Positions 18,331 through 28,102 of a DNA stretch of 43,412 nucleotides are shown piece by piece. Below the pieces are notes generated by a model. That model saw nothing but the letters and a program-made list of their open reading frames with translations. It was not told where the DNA came from and ran no database searches. The stretch comes from Paludibacteraceae bacterium (GTDB taxonomy: Bacteria > Bacteroidota > Bacteroidia > Bacteroidales > Paludibacteraceae). Location: NCBI GenBank assembly GCA_031553685.1, contig JAVBLE010000033.1, positions 1 to 43,412 on the forward strand, in the 5' to 3' direction. Numbering within the stretch: position 1 is the stretch's first letter; each line of letters starts with the position of its first letter. The position numbers and the translations under genes were made by a program.

Positions 18331-19335
18331 ATGGGACTAAAAGACATCTTCAGAAGACAGTTAAGTACTGTCATTGAGTGGACTAATCAAAGTGCAAATA
18401 TTCTGATAGCAAAAGCCGGTACGCCTACTGACGAAATCAAAAACGCCAGCAAACTGATTATCGCGCCCGGACAAGGCTGTATCGTTGTGTACGAAGGAAA
18501 AATCGAAGCCGTAACAACCGATGCCGGAGTTTACACGCTCGAAACAGACAACCATCCATTTATCACCACGCTGATTAAAATGCGCCAGATGTTCGAAAGC
18601 GAGCACAAAATGCGCATCTATTTCTTCCGCACGGCAGAACTGCTCAACCAGCGTTGGGGCACTGCCTCGCCGGTTAAGTACATGGATAGCGTTTACAAGT
18701 TCCCGGTGGAGATGAGCGGGTATGGCAATTATTCGGTAAAATTGGCTGACGCACAACACTTTTTTTCCAATCTGATCGGGTCGAAAGACCTGTTTACAGC
18801 AACCGACTTGCAAGAAATTGTTGTAGCGCGGCTTATCCCGCAAATGGGGTCGTACTTGGGGCAGTCGAAATTTTCCATTGTAGAAATAGATGCACATCTC
18901 ACCCAGATTTCGGACGAAATGAAAGGGAAGATGCAACCAACTTTTGCCGAACTCGGTTTGGTACTGACCGATTTCCGCATCGAAGCCACTTCGTTTGACG
19001 AAGAATCGACCGAGCGCATCAACCGCATTGCCGGTATGACTGCCGAAGCTCTTTCGGCTGCCGAAGTAGGATTGGATTATGTGCAGCTGGAAAAACTCCG
19101 TGCCCTGCGCGACGCTGCCAAAAACGAAGGCGGAATTGCCGGCGCGGGCATGCAATTGGGCGTGGGCTTGGAACTTGGCAAAACGCTGCTTTCGGGCAAA
19201 GACAATGTGATAACCGGCAGTGCCGACAAAGATCCTGTCGAACAACTGAAAAACCTAAAGATGCTTCTCGACGAAGGTATCTTGACTCAAGAAGAATTTG
19301 ACGCAAAAAAGAAAGAATTGTTGGAGAAAATGTAA
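18331..19335 (+). CDS. SPFH (band-7/virion-core-like, COG4260-type) domain protein with C-terminal SHOCT domain
   Basis: The C-terminal LKNLKMLLDEGILTQEEFDAKKKELLEKM is a typical SHOCT motif. The N-terminal roughly 250 aa resemble the SPFH-superfamily 'putative virion core protein' family. Confidence 0.65.
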   Translation: MGLKDIFRRQLSTVIEWTNQSANILIAKAGTPTDEIKNASKLIIAPGQGCIVVYEGKIEAVTTDAGVYTLETDNHPFITTLIKMRQMFESEHKMRIYFFRTAELLNQRWGTASPVKYMDSVYKFPVEMSGYGNYSVKLADAQHFFSNLIGSKDLFTATDLQEIVVARLIPQMGSYLGQSKFSIVEIDAHLTQISDEMKGKMQPTFAELGLVLTDFRIEATSFDEESTERINRIAGMTAEALSAAEVGLDYVQLEKLRALRDAAKNEGGIAGAGMQLGVGLELGKTLLSGKDNVITGSADKDPVEQLKNLKMLLDEGILTQEEFDAKKKELLEKM

Positions 19336-19427
19336 AATGCAGACAGGAGATGAAAAGAGAAAAGACATAAGGCTATATTCTTTGTCTTCCAATCTTTTGT
19401 CTATTGTCTTTTATCTAAAGAAAAAAC

Positions 19428-19649
19428 ATGAAATACATTTTAGGAATTATCGGCATTATTTTGGTGAGCGTGTTTGCCACCGTTTTTATCATGCTTTTGT
19501 GGGGCATTCCGGTTCCGTGGCTGCCTTTGTTCCAAATCGGGGGAACTTTATTGGTAGTTTGCCTGGCAGCCCTGTTGTTTTATTTACTCTATCACTGGTT
19601 TTTCAAAAAAGAAAAGCCGGAGCGGGTGATTGGGAAAAAGAAAGATTAA
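19428..19649 (+). CDS. Small two-TM membrane protein (hypothetical)
   Basis: 73-aa ORF with two hydrophobic helices and a basic tail. Confidence 0.4.
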   Translation: MKYILGIIGIILVSVFATVFIMLLWGIPVPWLPLFQIGGTLLVVCLAALLFYLLYHWFFKKEKPERVIGKKKD

Positions 19650-19732
19650 GAAAATAAAAATAAGTTTCACAAAGAGCACAAATAGTATAGTATTTTACTT
19701 GTGCTCTTTGTGAATTCTATGAGGGAAAACTT

Positions 19733-20674
19733 CTACTCAATTTTATTTCCTCGTAAAAATTCATCAATCCCCATTCGTTTCTTCCCTGCTGCCTGCACCG
19801 AAAGTAAATGCAAATAACCACCAGCAGTAGATATTTTCAGATATGATTTATTATCCGTAAAAAACTTTCCGGCAGGGTGAGTGTGTGCAGTTATTTCTTC
19901 TTTCGTTTCAAATATTTTCAGAGAAATAGCTTCTCCGTTCGACAACATCAAGTCGGCATGCGCAGACGGATAAGGTGACAGTCCGCGCACAAAGTTGTAC
20001 AATTCGGTGGTTGGTTTTGTCCAATCCATGCGGCAAGTATCTTTAAAGATTTTCGGCGCATGTTTCAGTTTGCTCGATTGTGGCTGCGGCATTTCAGTTA
20101 CTTCACCTTCCAAAATCAAATCCACTGTTTTCACAACTAAACCCGCACCCATCGTCATCAAGCGGTCATGAATATTGCCGGCGGTATCGGTATGCGCAAT
20201 CGGTGTTCGTTCTTGCAAAATAATATTTCCGGTATCAATTTCATGTTGGAGGAAAAAAGTAGTAACGCCCGTTTCCGTTTCGCCATTGATAACCGCCCAG
20301 TTGATAGGCGCTGCACCCCGATATTGCGGCAACAATGAAGCATGCAAATTAAATGTACCCAAGCGCGGCATGTCCCACACCACTTCGGGCAACATGCGAA
20401 AAGCCACCACAACCTGCAAATCAGCTTGCAAAGTCTGCAAATCGGACAAGAAAACCTCATCTTTCAACTTTTCGGGCTGAAGTAGCGGCAGGTTATTGTC
20501 AAGCGCATATTGCTTCACTGGCGAAAACTGCAACTTCTGTCCGCGACCGGCAGGCTTATCGGGCATGGTAACAACGCCGACAATATTATAACCGCCTTCG
20601 TGTAGTCGTTTCAGGCTTTCCACCGCAAAATCGGGCGTGCCCATATACACTATTCGTAAATCTTTTTTTTGCAT
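19733..20674 (-). CDS. fmt: Methionyl-tRNA formyltransferase
   Basis: N-terminal MGTPDFAVESLKRL, the formyltransferase core NLHASLLPQYRGAAPINWAVINGE, and a C-terminal Fmt domain. Confidence 0.92.
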   Translation of the reverse strand: MQKKDLRIVYMGTPDFAVESLKRLHEGGYNIVGVVTMPDKPAGRGQKLQFSPVKQYALDNNLPLLQPEKLKDEVFLSDLQTLQADLQVVVAFRMLPEVVWDMPRLGTFNLHASLLPQYRGAAPINWAVINGETETGVTTFFLQHEIDTGNIILQERTPIAHTDTAGNIHDRLMTMGAGLVVKTVDLILEGEVTEMPQPQSSKLKHAPKIFKDTCRMDWTKPTTELYNFVRGLSPYPSAHADLMLSNGEAISLKIFETKEEITAHTHPAGKFFTDNKSYLKISTAGGYLHLLSVQAAGKKRMGIDEFLRGNKIE

Positions 20675-20678
20675 AAAA

Positions 20679-21071
20679 TTAAAAATCGAGCATCGAAGTG
20701 CCTAATAAAAGGTTGATCACCGTTTTTTGTTGCGGTTTGCAATCTATTGTCGAAGTTTTAAGAGCGTTGCAACCGGTGTATTCGGCTTTTATTTTATATT
20801 TGCCTGCCGGAACAATAAACTTGTATTTGCCAAGACTATCTACAAACATTCCATAGTTTGTCCCCTCAATTGAAACCGAAGCTGCAATCGGGCGCCCCAT
20901 AAAGTCCATTACCCGACCTGTAATAAGCGTTTTTCCCGCTTCGACTTCGGTATTGGGCGTTTGCTCCAGTATTTTATATTTACCGTCAACAAGGTCTTTC
21001 TTGTTTTGTGCCGAAAGAGAAAGAGTGATTGTTACCATTATAATGGCAAGAACTGTTGTTATTTTTTTCAT
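20679..21071 (-). CDS. Secreted carboxypeptidase-regulatory-like (CarbopepD_reg) domain protein
   Basis: ATG at 21071 gives the signal peptide MKKITTVLAIIMVTITLSLSAQ, followed by ITGRVMDFMGRPIAASVSIEG. The longer upstream extension is unlikely. Confidence 0.5.
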   Translation of the reverse strand: MKKITTVLAIIMVTITLSLSAQNKKDLVDGKYKILEQTPNTEVEAGKTLITGRVMDFMGRPIAASVSIEGTNYGMFVDSLGKYKFIVPAGKYKIKAEYTGCNALKTSTIDCKPQQKTVINLLLGTSMLDF

Positions 21072-21274
21072 TTCTAAAAATATTTTATTGTTAAAAAGTT
21101 GTCTAAATAAAGTGCTCTGCCATAGCATAAAAAATGCTTTACTAATTCCCCCTTGCCGGGAAACGGAAGAACAGATTAACAAGAAAAGAACTACAAAGTA
21201 AACGATTATTAGATTTTGATGCAAAACAATCAACTATTTTTTTATTAAAAAGCAGCTCAGTATATGATAGAAAC

Positions 21275-21349
21275 AGTCGGGGCGTTCCTCCTCCTGCTGC
21301 GTGTGTACTAATAACAGCGGGGTCGGGCTGTCCGTTATACTGCTCCCTC
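21275..21349. repeat. GC-rich repeat family 2, copy B (CGGGGTCGGGCTGTCCGTTATACTGCTCCCTC)
   Basis: Core shared with 5084-5113 and 39926-39956. Confidence 0.55.
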
Positions 21350-21484
21350 TCCAGTATTTATTTAACCAATCTTGAAGATAGAACTTAATATAGCATGGTA
21401 GCGTTGCAAACGCAAAACCACAAACTCCTCTTTAGGAAACAATGAAGTAACACAGTATTTAATATCTTTGCAAAAAATTTATCT

Positions 21485-22933
21485 ATGCTAAAAGAATTAT
21501 TCCGGAAAAAAGATATTTCGCATGCCCTTGCCCAATCCGGCAGGATGAACGGCGGGCTTAAACGGAGCCTTTCGCTCACCAACCTGATTGCGTTGGGTAT
21601 CGGCGCCATTGTCGGGACAGGTATTTTTGTCATTACCGGACAAGCCGCTGCCGAATACGCCGGACCTGCCTTGACAATTTCTTTTACCATCTCGGCATTG
21701 GCATGTATGCTCGCCGGACTGTGTTATGCCGAGCTTGCTGCCATGATGCCTGTTGCCGGAAGTGTTTATTCATACAGCTACTCCACAATGGGCGAAGTGC
21801 TGGCATGGTTTATCGGCTGGACACTGATATTGGAATACCTGTTCGCTTGCTCGAGCGTAGCCGTTGGATGGTCGGGGTATATGATGAGTTTGCTGCACGG
21901 TTGGGACATTCATTTGCCGGCACAAATCAGCCAAGCCACTTTCGACCATATAAACAACGAATGGATTTGGACAGGAAGCATCATCAACTTTCCGGCTGTG
22001 TTTATTGTGGGGGTTATCACAGCTATGTTGCTTGGCGGGATGCGCGAATCGGCTTGGGTCAATAATATCATTGTGGTTATCAAAGTAAGTGTTATCCTTT
22101 TGTTTATTGGATTCGGGCTGTCGTATATCGATATCGGGAATTTGCATCCGTATATCCCCGAAAACACAGGCGAGTTTGGTAAATTCGGATGGACAGGTAT
22201 TTTGCGCGGGGCGGGCGTTGTCTTCTACGCTTTCCTTGGGTTCGATGCTTTATCGACCGCCGCGCAGGAAGCCAAAAACCCACAAAAAGATATGCCCCGA
22301 AGTATTTTATCTTCGTTGATGATTTGTGCCATCCTTTATGTAGCAGTAACAACCGTGCTCACAGGCATTGTTAACTATAAAGAACTGCATGTGGATGCTC
22401 CTATTGCTTTGGCTATCGACCGTGCGGGCGAAGGCTTGGCTTGGCTCAGTCCGTTTATCAAACTGGGCGCTATTGCCGGATTGAGTTCTGTTATTCTGGT
22501 AATGATGATTGGACAATCGCGCATTTATTTTGCTATTTCGAGCGATGGATTGCTGCCCCGTATATTCTCGAGGGTGCATAAAAAACACTGTACGCCTTTC
22601 AACGCCACCGTTTTCTCCGGCGTTGTTACCGGATTGGTTGCCGGGCTGTTTCCCCTGCATGTGCTTAGCGAACTGGTTTCGATAGGTACGCTGTTGGCTT
22701 TCACCATTGTGTGTTTGTCCATCGTTGTTCTGCGCAAAACGCAGCCTGACCTTAATCGTCCGTTCAAAACGCCTTTGGTACCGTTTCTTCCCCTGCTTGG
22801 TGCTGCGTTTTGCATTATGCAAATGGTTTTTCTGCCTTGGAGCACCTGGCTGCGCCTTATCGGGTGGACCGTTGTAGGGTTTGTTATATATTTTGTTTAT
22901 GGTATGCGGCGCAGTAAGTTGCGGAAAGGGTAG
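21485..22933 (+). CDS. Amino acid permease (APC superfamily)
   Basis: 12-TM ORF with the APC signature region GTGIFVITGQAA... Confidence 0.88.
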   Translation: MLKELFRKKDISHALAQSGRMNGGLKRSLSLTNLIALGIGAIVGTGIFVITGQAAAEYAGPALTISFTISALACMLAGLCYAELAAMMPVAGSVYSYSYSTMGEVLAWFIGWTLILEYLFACSSVAVGWSGYMMSLLHGWDIHLPAQISQATFDHINNEWIWTGSIINFPAVFIVGVITAMLLGGMRESAWVNNIIVVIKVSVILLFIGFGLSYIDIGNLHPYIPENTGEFGKFGWTGILRGAGVVFYAFLGFDALSTAAQEAKNPQKDMPRSILSSLMICAILYVAVTTVLTGIVNYKELHVDAPIALAIDRAGEGLAWLSPFIKLGAIAGLSSVILVMMIGQSRIYFAISSDGLLPRIFSRVHKKHCTPFNATVFSGVVTGLVAGLFPLHVLSELVSIGTLLAFTIVCLSIVVLRKTQPDLNRPFKTPLVPFLPLLGAAFCIMQMVFLPWSTWLRLIGWTVVGFVIYFVYGMRRSKLRKG

Positions 22934-22939
22934 TTTTTT

Positions 22940-24262
22940 ATGGAATCATATTCAATCGTCATTATTCTTTTGGCTATTGCTATCGGACTGTTTCCGGTGG
23001 CTACGAGGTTTAAGATACCATATCCGATGCTGTTGCTGGCAGTGGGTATTGGGGTGGGTTTTATACCGGATGTACAGCTGTCTATCCAACCTGATGTAGT
23101 GTTTCTTATATTTCTTCCGCCAATGCTTTATGATGCGGCGTTCAATATTTCTTTCAAGGGTTTCAGAAGTAATCTGAACACTATATCTTTATTGGCTATT
23201 TCACTCATATTTATTACTACGATTGGCATTGCCGTGGTAGCACGCTATCTTATCCCGGGCATGACATGGCCGCTGGCATTTGTTCTTGGCGCCATTCTTT
23301 CTCCTCCCGATGCTATTGCAGCTTCCGGTGTTACTAAAGGGTTAGGTTTGCCCCACCGCACATCGACAATACTGGAGGGCGAAAGCCTGGTAAACGATGC
23401 TTCAGCATTAGTAGCGTTCCGGTTTGCAGTTGCTGCCGTTGCCGGTAGTTCGTTTGTGTTTTGGAAAGCCGGATTGATGTTTCTGCTTTCGCTTGGTGGC
23501 GGTTTTTTGATAGGTTGGCTTATGTGGGTCATTTTCGCGTTTATTAATCGTAAATTTAATCGAAATACACCGGTTATGGTGAGCCTTAACCTGATGTTGC
23601 CTTTTGTAGCTTACCTCATTGCCGAAGAATTTCATGTGTCGGGCGTAATAGCGGTTGTGGTGGTAGGGCTAATGCTTTCAGGACACAAAAATAAGATTGC
23701 CAAAGAAGTAGCCTCACAATCCAAAAGTATTTGGGACACCGGTATATTTATACTTGGCGGATTGATTTTTCTTTTGATTGGATTGCAATTTCCGCATGTG
23801 ATTGAGAATATTTCACTACCCATTATTTTACCTCTTATCGGTTGTTCATTTTTGCTGCTTGCTACTGCAATGGTTATCCGGATGGGCATGCTTTTCTGGC
23901 ACAGAGAAGACACAATTAGAAACCTTAAAAAAATTGACCAACGACATAAAGAGATTTTGCAAAAGGTAAACAACGAACGCTTTAAACGGCGCATGGAAAA
24001 GCGTATGAACCGTTTCAAAGATTACCAGCCGCTGAGCATTAATGAGTGTGTCGTTATCGGATGGTCGGGTATGCGGGGCATTGTTTCATTGGCTGCCGCA
24101 TTATCGTTGCCTTTGTGGATGGATAACGGTGTAGCTTTTCCTCAGCGCGACAAAATTATCTTCATTACGATTACAACAGTTGTTCTGATGCTTTTGATAC
24201 AAGGGATCGGTTTGCCGCTACTGATAAAGTTTTTGAAGATGGATGTAAACAAACATGCTTGA
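22940..24262 (+). CDS. Na+/H+ antiporter (CPA1/NhaP-type)
   Basis: Polytopic membrane domain with an ESLVNDA-like motif (EGESLVNDASALV) and a cytoplasmic regulatory tail. Confidence 0.88.
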   Translation: MESYSIVIILLAIAIGLFPVATRFKIPYPMLLLAVGIGVGFIPDVQLSIQPDVVFLIFLPPMLYDAAFNISFKGFRSNLNTISLLAISLIFITTIGIAVVARYLIPGMTWPLAFVLGAILSPPDAIAASGVTKGLGLPHRTSTILEGESLVNDASALVAFRFAVAAVAGSSFVFWKAGLMFLLSLGGGFLIGWLMWVIFAFINRKFNRNTPVMVSLNLMLPFVAYLIAEEFHVSGVIAVVVVGLMLSGHKNKIAKEVASQSKSIWDTGIFILGGLIFLLIGLQFPHVIENISLPIILPLIGCSFLLLATAMVIRMGMLFWHREDTIRNLKKIDQRHKEILQKVNNERFKRRMEKRMNRFKDYQPLSINECVVIGWSGMRGIVSLAAALSLPLWMDNGVAFPQRDKIIFITITTVVLMLLIQGIGLPLLIKFLKMDVNKHA

Positions 24263-24352
24263 TTGTAGTTGTTTTCTTACTGCCAAAAGCAAATTTATGG
24301 TATAATCAAATTTCATGTTTTCCTCCCCTATGAGGCAATACAGGGCTTGAAC

Positions 24353-25048
24353 CTACAACTCCCCAACATCCGCAAAACTATAATAATCATTCCGCCCGAC
24401 AATGATATGGTCAACCAAATTTATTTCGAGCGCCTGAAAGGCTTTTTGTAGTTTCTGTGTCAGTTGTTTGTCTTGCGGGCTGGGCTTCGTGCTTCCCGAA
24501 GGATGGTTGTGGCAAATGGCTACCAAAACAGCCATTTTATCCAATGCCGCTTTCAAAGCCATGCGAGTGTCAACACCGGTGCCATTTATCCCGCCCGAAC
24601 TCAGTTTTACCTGTCCCAATACTTTATTGGCATTATTAAGCAAAAGCAGCCAAAACTCCTCGTGTGGCAAATCGGACAGCAAGGGGTGAAACAACTCGAA
24701 AATATCACGGCTGGTGATTATTTGTTCGCGCTCGAGCGATTCGGCATGTTTGCGCCGCCTACCGAGTTCCAACGCTGCTACAATGGTAATGGCTTTTGCC
24801 TCGCCTACGCCTTTGAAATTGGCGATCAACTCTTCGATAGAAAAACGCCCCAACTCGTCCAGATTATCGTGTGCCGAACGGAGTATGCGCCGCGAAAGTT
24901 CCACCGCCGTTTCGTCCCTGTTGCCCGAACCGATCAGGATTGCCAGCAGTTCGGCGTCGGTCAGGCTGGAAATGCCGCGTTGCATTAGCTTTTCGCGCGG
25001 ACGGTCTTCTTCTGCCCATTGGGTGATGGTTAGGTGTTTTTCTTGCAT
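24353..25048 (-). CDS. radC: RadC-like JAB/MPN domain protein
   Basis: N-terminal helix-hairpin-helix region and JAMM motif HNHPSGSTKPSPQD. Confidence 0.9.
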   Translation of the reverse strand: MQEKHLTITQWAEEDRPREKLMQRGISSLTDAELLAILIGSGNRDETAVELSRRILRSAHDNLDELGRFSIEELIANFKGVGEAKAITIVAALELGRRRKHAESLEREQIITSRDIFELFHPLLSDLPHEEFWLLLLNNANKVLGQVKLSSGGINGTGVDTRMALKAALDKMAVLVAICHNHPSGSTKPSPQDKQLTQKLQKAFQALEINLVDHIIVGRNDYYSFADVGEL

Positions 25049-25162
25049 GTAGTTTTTTGTAGGTTCAAGGTTAAAATATTTTGTCGATTCAAAAACTTGT
25101 CGTACATTTGTGGTATAAAATAAAAGCGGCTAAATGACTATTTCGGACACGGCGAGGGTTGT

Positions 25163-25627
25163 TTAGCCGTTTTCTATTGCAGTAATACAATATTGTATCT
25201 TTTGTCCGCTACCACGCAGCTCGCCTACGGTCAATTTTATCTTCCCAAATCCGATTTTTTCATACTCCATCACAAATATTTTTGAGAATCGCGATTGGTT
25301 TTTCACATTTGGCTTCGGTTCTTCGGCAATGAACTCTCCTTTATTATCTTTGGGAACAAGTGCATTTTCTATCACTTCGGACAAAAATGTAACTGCTATA
25401 GTTGATTGATAATTCAAAGATGCATGCCCTGCTGTTTCTTCTACCGACAGAAAACGCACATAGATAAGTGAATCTAAAGATTTATTGTAAAGATGTTTTT
25501 CTGGATTTGCCTCAATCCATTTTCCGTAAAAGTCAATGATAAATTGTTTTCGTTGTTTTTTGTCTTCCTTTGTAATTCCTGTAGCAATACCGGTTGCATC
25601 CAATTTCATAGTTTTTGATTTGTTCAT
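25163..25627 (-). CDS. Hypothetical protein (154 aa), possibly the last gene of the island operon
   Basis: ORF only; no motif recognised. A terminator-like hairpin (CGGCTAAA...TTTAGCCG) lies downstream at about 25100-25160. Confidence 0.45.
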   Translation of the reverse strand: MNKSKTMKLDATGIATGITKEDKKQRKQFIIDFYGKWIEANPEKHLYNKSLDSLIYVRFLSVEETAGHASLNYQSTIAVTFLSEVIENALVPKDNKGEFIAEEPKPNVKNQSRFSKIFVMEYEKIGFGKIKLTVGELRGSGQKIQYCITAIENG

Positions 25628-25743
25628 TTTCCACTCACAAAGTTACTGTTTCCATCAAAAAAACAAAATGAAGCAAATCTTAAAGTTTGGTTGGTTTTAA
25701 ATCATTTTTTTATTTACTACTGTGTCTAAATCTTAATTCAATA

Positions 25744-27417
25744 TTATAACAACTCTATTATTTTCTTAATAGCATCAAATAGCTTTACAACTCCATCCTT
25801 TATGTAAATATCATGATTAAGATACTGTCCATTATTTTTCTCATCCAAGATCCTTTTATCTGTATGAACAAAACCATTTCGTTTCCGGATTAATCGATAT
25901 ACTTCTTGTACAAATTTACCATCAGTCTGATTTAATTCTTGAAAATACAAACCTGCAAATTTTTGCCATTCGGGAGGTCTATCATTTGTGATTTTGGTAT
26001 TAGTATTTATATATTTTTCTTCATTCCATTCCCAATCAAGCAATAAATCCTTGTTGCATATTTCCCATGTTTTGTCTTGTGAATTGTATTGGATTAAATG
26101 TTTATTCACAAGTTCAATAACCATACAAAGTGTAATGTAAGAATAGGCAAACTGTGTCTTAGTTTTTGTAACTAAAATCATATCCCAAAATAATTGAAGT
26201 TGAGTTTTTAATTCTGATTTAAAATTAAAGGGATAGGTAAAACAATCAATTCGCTTTATTATTTCTTGGTAAGAAATATATAAAGTTTTAAGAAAGTTTC
26301 TCTCAAAGCAGTTTTTTACATCTTCTTTGAAGCGTAAATAATTTTGTTCTGAGAACTCATTAGAAAATCCAAATTCTGGTGACTCTTTCATGTAATAGCC
26401 ATCTGCACCAGCATCTAATAGAGCTTTCAAATTCCAAACCTTATTGGAGGCGGTGAAGATTATTGCTTGATAACCTTGATTAAGGGATTTGATTTTTTGT
26501 AAAACTTTCATTCCCGAGAAATCCTCTGGTTTCAATGTTTTATCTTCTTCTATTCCATTCAGGCGCAAATCTATCAAGTACAAATCAAAAGGTGTATTTT
26601 CAATCAAATTTTTACTTTCAACAGAAAGGTTATTATAATCGTTTACTTTTTCTTTGATAACAACAAAATCTTCAGTTGCTGAGGTTTTAAATACTTTTCG
26701 TAAAACTATTTCCCAGCCTTTATCAGCCTCATCATCAATTAATAAAACCTTTTTATTTGTGGCATTAATTTTATTTGGGTTTCCTACAGGGATTTTATCA
26801 ATAATTTTCAATAACGGAGGATTATGTTTTGATCTATCATAATTTAGTGCTGATATGTATTTAAAATATAACTTTGTTTTATCTTTTTCAAAGTTATTAT
26901 TTCCAAATAATGCGTTAGCATTGGCAGCCTTGTCCATACTATGTGCACCCCAAACATTTGCTAAAGAATGTCTTCCAGTAACTTCATCAGGTAGAATTTT
27001 TATAATATTGAGAAAGCCCATTTTATATTCATCAATAAGAATACCGTTATTCGCGGATATTTCAATTCCCATTTTATCAAAATCAGAGAAACCAATACCT
27101 TTTGTTGCAAGAATTTGACTCCAAATCTTTGTATCAATCATTATTGATTTTAATGAAGATATGCTTGCAAATAATATTGGCAACAAAGCTTTTTCTTTTA
27201 AATATTCGATAGAAAGCCTTATGTGTAACCCAATTTTTAAAGACAGAATTGAATCATTAGGAATCTCAATGATCAATTTATCTATTTCATTTTTGTTAAA
27301 AATCGAAATTAACCAATTATGAATTTCATAATCATTTGTCAAGTTTGGAATTTCAATAAAATTGAATCCAGATTCCTTTGCAGTATTACTATTACCAAGT
27401 ATAAATATTTTCTCCAT
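25744..27417 (-). CDS. Response-regulator receiver (REC) domain protein with C-terminal HEPN-like (RNxxxH) domain
   Basis: The REC signature KKVLLIDDEAD...DLYLIDLRLNG...AIIFTASNKVWNLKALLDAGADGYYMK falls at about aa 213-330. The C-terminus has ...VYRLIRKRNGFVHTDKRILDE, matching the Rx4-6H motif (here R-N-xxx-H). The N-terminal roughly 210 aa are unassigned. The start overlaps the upstream gene by 26 nt. Confidence 0.6.
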   Translation of the reverse strand: MEKIFILGNSNTAKESGFNFIEIPNLTNDYEIHNWLISIFNKNEIDKLIIEIPNDSILSLKIGLHIRLSIEYLKEKALLPILFASISSLKSIMIDTKIWSQILATKGIGFSDFDKMGIEISANNGILIDEYKMGFLNIIKILPDEVTGRHSLANVWGAHSMDKAANANALFGNNNFEKDKTKLYFKYISALNYDRSKHNPPLLKIIDKIPVGNPNKINATNKKVLLIDDEADKGWEIVLRKVFKTSATEDFVVIKEKVNDYNNLSVESKNLIENTPFDLYLIDLRLNGIEEDKTLKPEDFSGMKVLQKIKSLNQGYQAIIFTASNKVWNLKALLDAGADGYYMKESPEFGFSNEFSEQNYLRFKEDVKNCFERNFLKTLYISYQEIIKRIDCFTYPFNFKSELKTQLQLFWDMILVTKTKTQFAYSYITLCMVIELVNKHLIQYNSQDKTWEICNKDLLLDWEWNEEKYINTNTKITNDRPPEWQKFAGLYFQELNQTDGKFVQEVYRLIRKRNGFVHTDKRILDEKNNGQYLNHDIYIKDGVVKLFDAIKKIIELL

Positions 27418-28102
27418 ACTGTAAATAACTTTCTATTATAGATTGTATTTTCTCTCTAAATTCACTTATTGTTACCGGATTTTTCTCTAAATCATCTAAA
27501 AAAACTTCGTAACTAATATTTGAAAACGATAATTTGATAAATTCCTGAAATTGCTTTGGCAAATTCTTCAAATCCAATTTATCGGTGTTCTTCTGTGAGA
27601 TAATAGCTTCCAACACAATATTTCCAATATTGCGCACTTCTTTTGCTTGAAAATTCTTTCCCCAAGCTAAAATTTGTAACTCAATTTCTCCTGTATTTTT
27701 ATAGTATTCTACAAAAACTTTCAGATGTTCATAGAAAAGGTTCTTTTTTATTCCTCGGATAAAATGTGGATTTTCTACTTCTGGTTCTCCCATATTGTTA
27801 CTAAACAATACCAAAGGAATTTTATCTCCAAAATCTGCAATTTCTTCCTTAATCTTTCTAACATTGCTTGTAGAACCAGATAAAAATCCTTTTTCCACAT
27901 CCCAATCTTCGGTCGTTATGTGCAAAAGAATACATTTCGCATTTTGAAGAAATTTCAAATGTAAAATATCATTTGCCTTTTCACGCTTTTCAATTCGTTC
28001 CACAGAAGTAAGATATCCATTAAAAGTACCATCTTCTATAAAGTTAATATTGTATTGATTCTGACGCTGGCTATTTTGATTATCGTCAATTAAGTAAATC
28101 AT
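27392..28102 (-). CDS. Pseudo-receiver (REC-like) domain protein plus helical C-terminal domain (hypothetical)
   Basis: MIYLIDDNQ..., ...CILLHITTEDWD..., IPLVLFSNN..., IRGIKK resembles the REC beta1/beta3/beta4/beta5 pattern with a degenerate acceptor site. Its ATG overlaps the stop of the upstream gene (TAATG). Confidence 0.45.
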   Translation of the reverse strand: MIYLIDDNQNSQRQNQYNINFIEDGTFNGYLTSVERIEKREKANDILHLKFLQNAKCILLHITTEDWDVEKGFLSGSTSNVRKIKEEIADFGDKIPLVLFSNNMGEPEVENPHFIRGIKKNLFYEHLKVFVEYYKNTGEIELQILAWGKNFQAKEVRNIGNIVLEAIISQKNTDKLDLKNLPKQFQEFIKLSFSNISYEVFLDDLEKNPVTISEFREKIQSIIESYLQYGENIYTW

